Shown piece after piece: positions 1 to 7,021 of a DNA stretch of 64,000 nt (the first letter of the stretch is position 1; each line of letters starts with the position of its first letter). This stretch comes from a bacterium. Its GTDB lineage: Bacteria; Patescibacteriota; Patescibacteriia; JACPHY01. The DNA lies in assembly GCA_030646955.1 (NCBI GenBank), contig JAUSKM010000028.1:1065-65064 (forward strand), given 5' to 3'. The notes beneath the pieces are model-generated. The model saw only the letters and a program-made list of their open reading frames with translations, was not told the origin of the DNA and made no database searches. Both the position numbers and the translations under genes were made by a program.

Positions 1-84
1 GCCTTCCACCTGGCTGTCCTCCAGGAGGCGGCCAAGGTGGAGCAGCGTCGCAACCTACTCCACCTCAAGGCCCGCTGCCGGTAG
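1..84 (+). CDS. 3' end of a gene truncated by the window start (…AFHLAVLQEAAKVEQRRNLLHLKARCR*)
   Basis: An open frame enters from the window edge and ends at TAG 82-84. A hairpin at 105-128 lies just downstream. Confidence 0.3.
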   Translation, partial: AFHLAVLQEAAKVEQRRNLLHLKARCR

Positions 85-104
85 TTCACCGGCGCGGTCT
101 CAAA

Positions 105-180
105 GGCCCTGCAGAATACCGCAGGGCCTCCCACCCGAGCACCGCTCATCAAGCGATACTCGGGTGGGAAAGAGAAGCGA
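105..180 (+). repeat. Bipartite hairpin element, copy A: variable hairpin 105-128, conserved hairpin CCCACCCGAG…CTCGGGTGGG 130-168, then AAAGAGAAG tail
   Basis: The sequence shows a 10-bp perfect outer stem plus an inner CGCT/AGCG stem. The same architecture recurs at 684-752 and 1152-1220. Confidence 0.6.
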
Positions 181-225
181 TCGATCATTCAACCATGCGG
201 CACACACCGCAGATAGGAAACGACA

Positions 226-435
226 ATGACCGTGCTGACCATGCTGTCCGTGTTCATCGTTGCCACCGTGGCGACGCTCGTCGCCGCCCTCATCGTTAGC
301 GCACTGGTGGAGGCGTTCGTAGATACGTGCCACTTCATCGAATACGTAGGATTTTCGGTGCCGGTCGTTCGGTGGATCGTCATGCCCATCGTGATCCTGG
401 TCACGCACTTCACCCCCGGGAGACGCTCCTGGTGA
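226..435 (+). CDS. small hydrophobic membrane peptide (69 aa)
   Basis: It is listed in the ORF track with an AGGAAA RBS-like motif upstream. It is strongly hydrophobic and sits downstream of element copy A. Confidence 0.45.
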   Translation: MTVLTMLSVFIVATVATLVAALIVSALVEAFVDTCHFIEYVGFSVPVVRWIVMPIVILVTHFTPGRRSW

Positions 436-596
436 CGAACGAGGGAGATCCGAAAGGAGATAACATGAACAGTTAGGCAGCGCGGAGCGCGCTTGCCAAC
501 GAACCTGGAGGGCTGTGCCGCCCTGGGGAATGCCCCGAAACGCCCCGGAGTCACCTGCCGAACATGTGGTGAGCCATGAGGAAGCAGATCCTCGCC

Positions 597-672
597 GGGC
601 GAGTAGCTCAGTTGGGAGAGCACCGGCTTTGCAAGCCGGGGGTCGCGGGTTCGAAACCCGTCTCGTCCACCA
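597..672 (+). tRNA. tRNA-Ala (anticodon TGC), CCA encoded
   Basis: The 7-bp acceptor stem carries a G3:U70 pair. The anticodon loop is TTTGCAA, the T-arm is GGTTCGAAACC and the 3' end is ACCA. Length is 76 nt. Confidence 0.9.
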
Positions 673-683
673 GTTCCTTCGGA

Positions 684-752
684 GCCCGATGCAATCGGGC
701 TTCCACCCGAGCACCGCTTATCAAGCGATGTTGAGGTGGGAAAGAGAAGCGG
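684..752 (+). repeat. Bipartite hairpin element, copy B (degenerate 3' arm)
   Basis: Hairpin GCCCGAT-gca-ATCGGGC is followed by CCACCCGAGCACCGCTTATCAAGCGATGTTGAGGTGGG and AAAGAGAAG. It lies immediately 3' of tRNA-Ala. Confidence 0.55.
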
Positions 753-778
753 ACGAAGATTCAACAGAGGCCTCGACC

Positions 779-1135
779 ATGGCCGAAGGAGATGACGTGA
801 CTAAGGGAAGAAAGAAAGAGCTTCTCGCTTGTTCCGCGGCTCTCGCGGGGATGCTGCTCATGGGCGGCGCGGGCGTAATTTGCGCCGTGCATGGCAAGGT
901 CCTTTGGCTTGCCTTGACGCCTACGGATCTCTTCTTTGGCGCCATCGGGCTGGGGGTCATGTCCTTGTTTGTTGCCCTTTCGGGAGGAGTTGGCCTCCTC
1001 GTGTTTTACGACTTGTACTTCCGGGTCCGCGATGAGCAGGACCAGCAGCGCCCCCGCACCAGCTTGCGCCTGGTGTACTCGCGCAAGGGTGTCTCGCCGC
1101 GAGCGCCCAACACACATCTGCGCCTGGTCGCGTAG
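779..1135 (+). CDS. small membrane protein (118 aa, 2-3 TM helices)
   Basis: It uses an in-frame ATG within ORF 515..1135. The product is hydrophobic and the gene lies downstream of element copy B. Confidence 0.45.
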   Translation: MAEGDDVTKGRKKELLACSAALAGMLLMGGAGVICAVHGKVLWLALTPTDLFFGAIGLGVMSLFVALSGGVGLLVFYDLYFRVRDEQDQQRPRTSLRLVYSRKGVSPRAPNTHLRLVA

Positions 1136-1151
1136 ATGTCGACTACAGCAG

Positions 1152-1220
1152 CCCCGAGTTATTCGGGGTCCCGCCCGAGTACCGCTCACAGAGCGATGCT
1201 CGGGTGGGAAAGAGAAGTGA
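1152..1220 (+). repeat. Bipartite hairpin element, copy C
   Basis: Hairpin CCCCGAG-ttat-TCGGGG is followed by CCCGCCCGAGTACCGCTCACAGAGCGATGCTCGGGTGGG and AAAGAGAAG. Confidence 0.6.
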
Positions 1221-1266
1221 TTGGTTCATTCATTGTCGCGGCAATGCGCCGCAAAGAGGAGTGTCC

Positions 1267-1452
1267 ATGCAGAATCTGGCAGTGTTTGCCGCGATCGGTT
1301 CGTTGTTCATCACCCCGTACGCCCTCACCGCCATCTTCGGCTGCCTGCTGGTGGCGATGGTGGTCGGCATCGGCCGCTACTTGGTGGTGGGCTACAAGGA
1401 GAGCCAGATCCAGCCAGCCCGTGATGTGTGCCCCATCATTCTCGCCTCGTAA
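1267..1452 (+). CDS. small membrane peptide (61 aa)
   Basis: An AAGAGGAG Shine-Dalgarno sits 7 nt before the ATG. There are two predicted TM segments. It lies downstream of element copy C. Confidence 0.5.
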   Translation: MQNLAVFAAIGSLFITPYALTAIFGCLLVAMVVGIGRYLVVGYKESQIQPARDVCPIILAS

Positions 1453-1543
1453 CCTGCTCCGAAAAAGGAGCAGGATCCCACATGGGTTCTGGAGGCCGCG
1501 TTACTTCGAGCAATCGGAGTACCTCCAGAACCCGTGCGGGATA
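1453..1543 (+). repeat. Bipartite hairpin element, copy D: CCTGCTCC-gaaaaa-GGAGCAGG then long hairpin ATCCCACATGGGTTCTGGAGG…CCTCCAGAACCCGTGCGGGAT
   Basis: The ~19-bp stem contains G:U pairs. The loop holds CCGCGYTAY and a GNRA-like sub-hairpin. Confidence 0.55.
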
Positions 1544-1635
1544 TCAATGATCCCTGGTCAGCGCCGGATGCCAACCGGTGCGTGTTCGTTCAACAACGTT
1601 GTCCCACGGGCGGCACCGTGGGGATTGGAGATCCG

Positions 1636-2661
1636 ATGTTCGGAATCGGTATCGGTGAAGGGTTCGGGTTGTTCAGCAAGTTCTTCACGGCGGAGGACGG
1701 CGAGAACGCGCTCGCGTCCCTCGGGGAGCATCTCTCCGCAAAGCGTGTGGTGTTCGTGGACACGTGCGCCACGCCCGTGCTGGCGGAGGTCATCGGGACG
1801 CTCGTCGCTCGCGGCGTGGAGGTCCACGTGCGCGACCACCACCGCGGCGAGGGTCGTACGCCCGAGGCCGTGGAGGCCATCGAGGCGGTGCTGGGAAAGC
1901 GGGCGCACATCGTGGCGCGCAAGGAGGCGCCCGCGTGCGCGCTGCTGCTGCGGCACGGTGAGTTCCGCGGCCCGGGCACGGTCATCGTGGCCGATCCGGA
2001 TTTGGATGGGCTCACCGCGGCGATGAAGGCCGCGGGCGTGGCGTACGAAGGCATGGATCAGGACGCCGAGATCTTCGACGTCCGGCCGCGCCAGTCCGCG
2101 GAGACGCTGACGCCGTTCGGATGGGTCCTGGTGCGGGCGCTGTCCTCGCTGCCGCTGTTCGATCCGGACCGTCCGGGCGACAGCGACCGCGCGAAGGCGG
2201 ACTTCTTCTACGGCATCGTTCGCGCGGTCATGGGTGACAGCATCGAGCGCCGCGAGTTGGAGGACCGCGCGCGGCACTACGACGCCTGCGTGGCCGAGTC
2301 GCGGCGGATGCTCAAGGAGCACATGGATAAGCCGCTGCCCGGCGTGTGTTTCGTGGACACGATGGGTGCGGCGCCGTTCGACTTCACCACCCTCACACAG
2401 GGGATGGAGCAGGCCGGTGCCGTGGTGACCGCGGTCCGCAAGGACAGCGGTCCCATCGCGCGGCTGCACGGCGGTGTCCAGTACTCGCTGGCGGTGGTGC
2501 AGCGCCACCAGCGCGAGCTGGACCTGCGTACGCTGGTGCCCGCGGGGACGCCCATCGGTCTCGAGGCCGGCCTCATTTCCAACACGCCGTTCCTGCTGCA
2601 CTGCAGCAGCGAGGTGTGGATGCAGACCATCTTCTACGCGCTCGCGATGCGCCTCAGGTAG
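1636..2661 (+). CDS. hypothetical protein (341 aa)
   Basis: A long ORF in the track has an internal ATG that follows GGAG. I could not recognise a family. It lies downstream of element D. Confidence 0.55.
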   Translation: MFGIGIGEGFGLFSKFFTAEDGENALASLGEHLSAKRVVFVDTCATPVLAEVIGTLVARGVEVHVRDHHRGEGRTPEAVEAIEAVLGKRAHIVARKEAPACALLLRHGEFRGPGTVIVADPDLDGLTAAMKAAGVAYEGMDQDAEIFDVRPRQSAETLTPFGWVLVRALSSLPLFDPDRPGDSDRAKADFFYGIVRAVMGDSIERRELEDRARHYDACVAESRRMLKEHMDKPLPGVCFVDTMGAAPFDFTTLTQGMEQAGAVVTAVRKDSGPIARLHGGVQYSLAVVQRHQRELDLRTLVPAGTPIGLEAGLISNTPFLLHCSSEVWMQTIFYALAMRLR

Positions 2662-2764
2662 TTCCTTTCCCAAGAGCCACGTGCGTGTGCATGCATGCGC
2701 ACGTGGTCCCACCCCGGCACGCGATACAGTCGCACATCGAGGTGGGAGATTCGAGCGGAGCGCT

Positions 2765-2905
2765 TGCCACATGTCATTTCGAACGGAGCGCAGCGAAGAG
2801 AGAAATCTCACGCGCCGCAAACTTTGGAGAAACTTCGGTAACTTATGGAGCGCAATCAAACGATGGGGCGTGTGAGATTTCTCACTGCGTTCGAAATGAC
2901 AGGAG
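2765..2905. repeat. Inverted-repeat pair (about 40-nt arms at 2765-2812 and 2862-2905), a variant of the GTCATTTCGA…GAAATCTCAC hairpin repeat
   Basis: The arm GTCATTTCGAACGGAGCG…AGAAATCTCAC is mirrored by GTGAGATTTCTCACTGCGTTCGAAATGAC. Confidence 0.5.
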
Positions 2906-2912
2906 TTACATG

Positions 2913-2953
2913 TTTGGCTCAATAAACATAGTAAATAGCTACATTGAGCCAAA
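2913..2953 (+). promoter_or_regulatory. Palindromic operator-like site TTTGGCTCAAT-N19-ATTGAGCCAAA abutting the -35 box
   Basis: This is a perfect 11-bp inverted repeat that ends 15 nt upstream of TTGACA. Confidence 0.4.
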
Positions 2954-2968
2954 AAGGTAAAACTGGTC

Positions 2969-2997
2969 TTGACACTTCTGACAGCGCGAGGTATAAT
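2969..2997 (+). promoter_or_regulatory. Consensus sigma70-type promoter TTGACA-N17-TATAAT
   Basis: The hexamers are exact, the spacer is 17 nt, and local GC is about 50%. Confidence 0.55.
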
Positions 2998-3004
2998 GGT
3001 TTTG

Positions 3005-3345
3005 TACAATGATTTGTGACTCTGAAGGTGCGGATTGGAGCTTCACAAACGCAGATGGATTGCGTGCGGCACAAGGCGAGTACTTGAGTGGCAAGAAATA
3101 GTGTCAACTCGCTGACATGTCGCATTCCAACGGCAGAGTATCTGCCAGAGGAGAGAGCCCGAGTGACGGGGTTACAGTCACACCGCACGTTGTTACGAAA
3201 GCAATGCACCACGCTTCCGCGTTTCCCTACCTCCAAATGCCGAGGGGGACGCGGCAGCCGCAGTGTGGAATGCTGTCGTGACAACGTTCGAAAACCATAA
3301 ACCCGAAACTCCCTCCTCGCTTGGTGCGAAGGGGGAGTTTTGATT
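3005..3345 (+). ncRNA. Candidate ~340-nt non-coding leader or sRNA from the consensus promoter, ending in an intrinsic terminator
   Basis: No credible ORF is present. The only track ORF, 3088..3300, is low-complexity. The transcript ends at terminator 3306-3341 just before the RBS and ATG of a small peptide gene. Confidence 0.3.
3306..3341 (+). terminator. Intrinsic terminator or attenuator hairpin followed by a TTTT tract
   Basis: AAACTCCCTCCTCGC-ttggt-GCGAAGGGGGAGTTTT forms a stem of about 15 bp with two bulges. Confidence 0.5.
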
Positions 3346-3356
3346 GGAGGATGCAC

Positions 3357-3491
3357 GATGAATAACCCCGCGTCTGTCGTGGCGGCCATCACCGCCGGAA
3401 TCGCGGCGGCGCACGGTCACTGGCTGGTGGTCGCGGCGCTGGTCGTTCTCGGCATCGTAGCCGAGGTCGTACATCGCCGAGGCAAACGGTG
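3357..3491 (+). CDS. small membrane peptide (44 aa; MNNPASVVAAITAGIAAAHGHWLVVAALVVLGIVAEVVHRRGKR)
   Basis: GGAGG sits 8 nt upstream of the ATG. The peptide is hydrophobic. It is absent from the ORF track because it is under 60 aa. Confidence 0.4.
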
Positions 3492-3499
3492 ACATGCAA

Positions 3500-3567
3500 A
3501 TGCCGACCCGCGTCGGCATCCCACCCGAGCGCTGCAACCCTAGTGGCCTGCAGTGCTCGGGCGGGAT
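3500..3567 (+). repeat. Bipartite hairpin element, copy H: ATGCCGAC-ccgc-GTCGGCAT then ATCCCACCCGAGCGCTGCA…TGCAGTGCTCGGGCGGGAT
   Basis: It has the same outer stem as copies A-C. Confidence 0.55.
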
Positions 3568-4586
3568 GAGGACGTTACCGTGCAAGCCGGTTGCACCCGC
3601 GGATTGCTCCGCGGAAGTTTCGTGCAAATGCAACGTTCGTTCCCCGCGACGCCGCGACGATGCGGCGTGAACAAGAAGCGGAGGTCGCCAAAGCTCACTG
3701 CGGGTTTACCGCGAGCGATGAGCGATGGGGCGATACTCCATCTCCGGCGCGGCAGCCAGCGAAGCCGTGCCTAGCCATGAGCCGAAGAAAGAGGTGCAGA
3801 TGAAGGTTTGAAAAGCGCCATGACCCAGCGCTGAAACAGAAAAGGGGTTGCGTAACGAAGTGACCGCCGTTCGTCTGGGCTGCTATCCCAGCGGCAATGC
3901 CGGTAGACCAACGGTCGGTTCGTGTGTGTGACTGCAGGGATGGGAACCTGCAGGGACCTGCATCGGAGCAAAGCGGAGGTGGTACATGAAGCCGTAGAGG
4001 CGCTGACTGGCAGCGCGAACAGAAATAAATCAGACACCGTGCGGACCCCACCGGCCGCTGCGCCCGACGATGGGAGCGGCCAAGGCAAGACTCGAACAGA
4101 GCCCAATGGAGGTGGTACATGCGGCAGTGAGTGCGCCAATGGAGCCGGCGCGGTACAAATGGGTTCCACAAGGATCGTCCGCACTCCGAGCTGCCTCTGC
4201 CGTGAGGAGCGGGGTCGGACAAACCACAACCAGGGGAACGATGCGCGGCACAACGACCTAGCCCGCGCGAAGATCGTTTCCCAAACCCACGCCTGGCGCA
4301 AGGAGGCGCCGTGACATGACGGATTGGTTTTGAGCGCCAATACAGCCACGGGTCGGCGCAAACAGAAATAGGACCCAAACGGAGGCGCCGCGCCTCTGGA
4401 GGCCACGGTTCCCGAGTACCGGACGCGCCGCGAAGCGGTGACAAAACTCGGCGGGGCTTCCCACTCGGATATGCCTCGAAGTCAGGACACGGTGCATTCG
4501 GAAGTACAGCACACGAGTGTTCCTGATGAACCGTTCCTTTCCACGTCCCCGCGCCCAGTTGTTCTCCACCTGCGCGGATGCGACGA

Positions 4587-4678
4587 GATCCCGACTGCAT
4601 GCAGTCGGGATCCCACCCGGGCCTCTTGGAGCCGCGCTACGTGCCGCAAGGCATGTACTCCAAGGGTCCGGGTGGGAT
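4587..4678 (+). repeat. Bipartite hairpin element, copy F: GATCCCGACTGCA/TGCAGTCGGGATC then ATCCCACCCGGGCCTCTTGGAG…CTCCAAGGGTCCGGGTGGGAT
   Basis: The loop is CCGCGCTACGTGCCGCAAGGCATGTA. It lies immediately upstream of the lipoprotein gene. Confidence 0.6.
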
Positions 4679-4732
4679 TGGAAGCGAAGTACCTTCAACC
4701 GTGCGGCGCATGCGCCGCGGAAAGGATCGAAC

Positions 4733-5026
4733 GTGAAGAAGTCCATCATCGGTGCCATCTTCGTTCTCCTCGGCGGCTGCAGCATCTTCGAGACCAGCGA
4801 GGAGCAGCAGCGCGCCGACGAGCGGAAGGCGGATACCCACGCCGCAGCGGAGGCCGCCTGCTCCACCGCGGGCTTTCTCCCGCCTCGGCCGGTCTGGCGC
4901 ACGTGCGCCATCATGGGTCAGAGGAAATTTTACTGCTTCTACTGCGCGGACGAGCGGGGGGTGCTCTACCCCGTGCTCTCCCCGGAGAGAAGCCCCGACC
5001 ATCTTCACGTCATCGACGAGCGCTAG
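4733..5026 (+). CDS. small lipoprotein (97 aa, GTG start, lipobox LLGGC, Cys-rich C-terminus)
   Basis: AAAGGA lies upstream of the GTG. The signal peptide plus LGGC motif indicates a lipoprotein. Confidence 0.5.
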   Translation: MKKSIIGAIFVLLGGCSIFETSEEQQRADERKADTHAAAEAACSTAGFLPPRPVWRTCAIMGQRKFYCFYCADERGVLYPVLSPERSPDHLHVIDER

Positions 5027-5039
5027 CTCTTTCCCCGTC

Positions 5040-5127
5040 CCCGCTCCGGTACAGAGCGGGATTCCACATGGGTGCTGCAGGCCGCGCTATCCGCCGCAAG
5101 GCGGGTACCTGCAACGCCCATGTGGGG
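5040..5127 (+). repeat. Bipartite hairpin element, copy E: CCCGCTC-cggtaca-GAGCGGG then CCACATGGGTGCTGCAGG…CCTGCAACGCCCATGTGG
   Basis: The loop is CCGCGCTATCCGCCGCAAGGCGGGTA. Confidence 0.55.
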
Positions 5128-5285
5128 TATAGCCCCGATGTTTCTGTCATCTCGACGAGGCTGCGAGGAGGAATCTTACCCGCTACAATAGATTGGGGTG
5201 TGTGAGATCCCTCGCGCCGCAGACGGTACTCGGGATGACGGAAGAATGTTCGATCGCAACGACGGTCGCATGATTGGCACTGCTC

Positions 5286-5372
5286 GGCAAGAAGAGGACG
5301 GGTCGTCCTGCCCGTAAGGGTCGCCGGGGTAAGCGTGGGTTCGATTCCCGCCGGTGCCACCAGCAGTACGGG
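5286..5372 (+). other. tRNA-like minihelix: 7-bp acceptor stem, T-arm GTGGG-TTCGATT-CCCGC, discriminator A and CCA, but no canonical D or anticodon arms
   Basis: The 3' end …GGGTTCGATTCCCGCCGGTGCCACCA pairs with the 5' strand GGCACTG. The internal 52 nt cannot be folded into an anticodon stem-loop. Confidence 0.3.
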
Positions 5373-5439
5373 AGGGGGACATGGTGTCCCCGTCCATCTT
5401 TCAAACCAGTGCCCCGCGACGCGGGGCAGGAGGTACGAG

Positions 5440-6030
5440 ATGTCCGGAAGGCAGATCATCCTCGTGGTCGGACCGACCACGTCCAGCGCGCCCACCAGCG
5501 CCGCCCTCGCGGAGCTGGGCCTCACGGCTTCGCAGCGGTTCGCGGAGCTGACGGCGGGCATGCCGCTCTCCGCGGAGCAGCAGGTCGTCCAGGCCCTGAT
5601 GGGCAGCATGGACGAGGTGCACGAGGCGCTCGGCCTCGACGGACGCGACCTCACGGGCTTCGTCGGGCCGGCCCTGCGGCTCCGCAGCGAGCCGTACACG
5701 CGCGTCCGCCGCAGGGCGGCGCGGCGGAGCGGGGCCGACGAGTTCATCGTCGGCCCCACCCACCGCAACTCGATGACCCTGCTCGGCGGGGACCTCGAGG
5801 AGAGCGGCGGGGTGGAGCGCCTCACCCCCGAGGCGATCCTGATCGCCCAGGAGGGGTACGAGCCGGCGCCGCGCGTGAACGAGGCGGTGGCCCCGGACGT
5901 GGCCGCGGTGCAGGCCGAGCTGGCCGCGCGGTTGGCGGAGGTCCGCCAGCGGGCCAGCGACGCCCGCTACGTGCGCGATCGTCGTAGCTACGATGCGCGC
6001 CGCAACGTGCGGACGTACGTGGCGGCCTAG
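5440..6030 (+). CDS. hypothetical protein (196 aa)
   Basis: CAGGAGG lies 6 nt upstream of the ATG. A GC hairpin sits just before the RBS. Confidence 0.5.
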   Translation: MSGRQIILVVGPTTSSAPTSAALAELGLTASQRFAELTAGMPLSAEQQVVQALMGSMDEVHEALGLDGRDLTGFVGPALRLRSEPYTRVRRRAARRSGADEFIVGPTHRNSMTLLGGDLEESGGVERLTPEAILIAQEGYEPAPRVNEAVAPDVAAVQAELAARLAEVRQRASDARYVRDRRSYDARRNVRTYVAA

Positions 6031-6273
6031 CGGCATCATCGCCGCGCACTGGGAGTGACCACCCAGCGATAACGGACCCGCGCGCGACGGATTCGCGCTA
6101 CGCAACGATCGGAGCCCCGATGCCCAAGGCACCGGAACGTTTACCCGGGCGGCTTGCGGCCGCTGCAAGCACCCATGGACAGGCGAAGCCCCAACGCCTG
6201 CCCGATCACGGGGCGCGTCACCTGCGAGAATGGTGAGCCCAGGGGAAGCAGAACCCCCACGCCGAGGAGGCAT

Positions 6274-6369
6274 GATCCCGACCGTCCGTATGAGGTCGGG
6301 ATCCCACCCGGGTACGAGAAGCCGCGCTATTGGATCGCAAGATTCAGTACTTCTCCACCCGGGTGGGAT
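6274..6369 (+). repeat. Bipartite hairpin element, copy G: GATCCCGACC…GGTCGGGATC then ATCCCACCCGGGTACGAGAAG…CTTCTCCACCCGGGTGGGAT
   Basis: The loop is CCGCGCTATTGGATCGCAAGATTCAGTA. It lies upstream of membrane protein 6434. Confidence 0.6.
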
Positions 6370-6433
6370 TGTATAAGGAGCGTTCATTCACCATCACGCA
6401 TCTGCTAGAGCGGGTGCAAGAGAGGAGTGTGCA

Positions 6434-6790
6434 ATGTTGAAGCGAGTGTTGAATCTGGTGGCGATCGTCGCGATGCTGCTCGGCACGGCCGCCGGCTTGC
6501 TCGCCGACTCTTTCGTGGCGTGGCTCGTAGCATGTGCGTTCTCCGTGGTAGCGCTCAGCGCGAAATTCGTGCTCCCTTCCGGTGCCGTGGCGCTGCTCGG
6601 CGGACTGTTCACGGCGGGTGCCTGTGTCATCTGCGGGTTCTTCTCCGCGGTGTTCCCGGAGTCCGACATCATCATGATCGGCTACGGCATCGGAGCGGTT
6701 TGCGGGCTGATGATTTTCTCCATCGGCGTCGAGCTTGCAGACCGCGAGATGGGCATCCCGCCGGGACGCTTCCTGCGCCGCTTCGCCTAG
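6434..6790 (+). CDS. small integral membrane protein (118 aa)
   Basis: AGAGGAG RBS is present and the product has about 4 predicted TM helices. Confidence 0.5.
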   Translation: MLKRVLNLVAIVAMLLGTAAGLLADSFVAWLVACAFSVVALSAKFVLPSGAVALLGGLFTAGACVICGFFSAVFPESDIIMIGYGIGAVCGLMIFSIGVELADREMGIPPGRFLRRFA

Positions 6791-7021
6791 TCCACGTCTC
6801 CGCGCGGTGACATATGGCCTTGCGCCGTTCTTCGTCGCGCAGCGCCCGCTGCATCTGACGATGTGTCACCGGTATACTGCGATAGTCCCCACAGCCTCAC
6901 CCTTGAGGTCACCGTGGGGACTCCCTCCGTTGGATTGGAACCTCGATCCAACAGAGGGAGAAAGCTCCCATTTCACAACACGAAGGGGCAATGCCCCTTC
7001 CCTCCAGAGAGAGGAGAAGCG

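Noticed and set aside
3005-3345. tmRNA, RNase P RNA, 6S or T-box identity for the ~340-nt leader
   Set aside because: It has no tRNA-like 3' end or tag ORF, so tmRNA is excluded. It lacks the GGAAAGUCCGGGCUCC and ACAGAAACCCGGCUUA boxes of RNase P RNA. It is too long for 6S. There is no T-box sequence AANNNGGGTGGNACCGCG. The identity is therefore left open.
5286-5372. Canonical tRNA (class II or tRNA-Sec) call for the 87-nt tRNA-like sequence
   Set aside because: Every register tried for a 5-bp anticodon stem with a 7-nt loop fails, and U33 and R37 are absent. Only the acceptor and T-arm minihelix is convincing.
105-6369. Integron gene-cassette array with attC sites, considered because small promoterless-looking ORFs alternate with palindromic elements
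   Set aside because: The elements lack the RYYYAAC…GTTRRRY core sites and the bulged L/R box organisation of attC. No intI is present. Several elements lie upstream of genes, not downstream.
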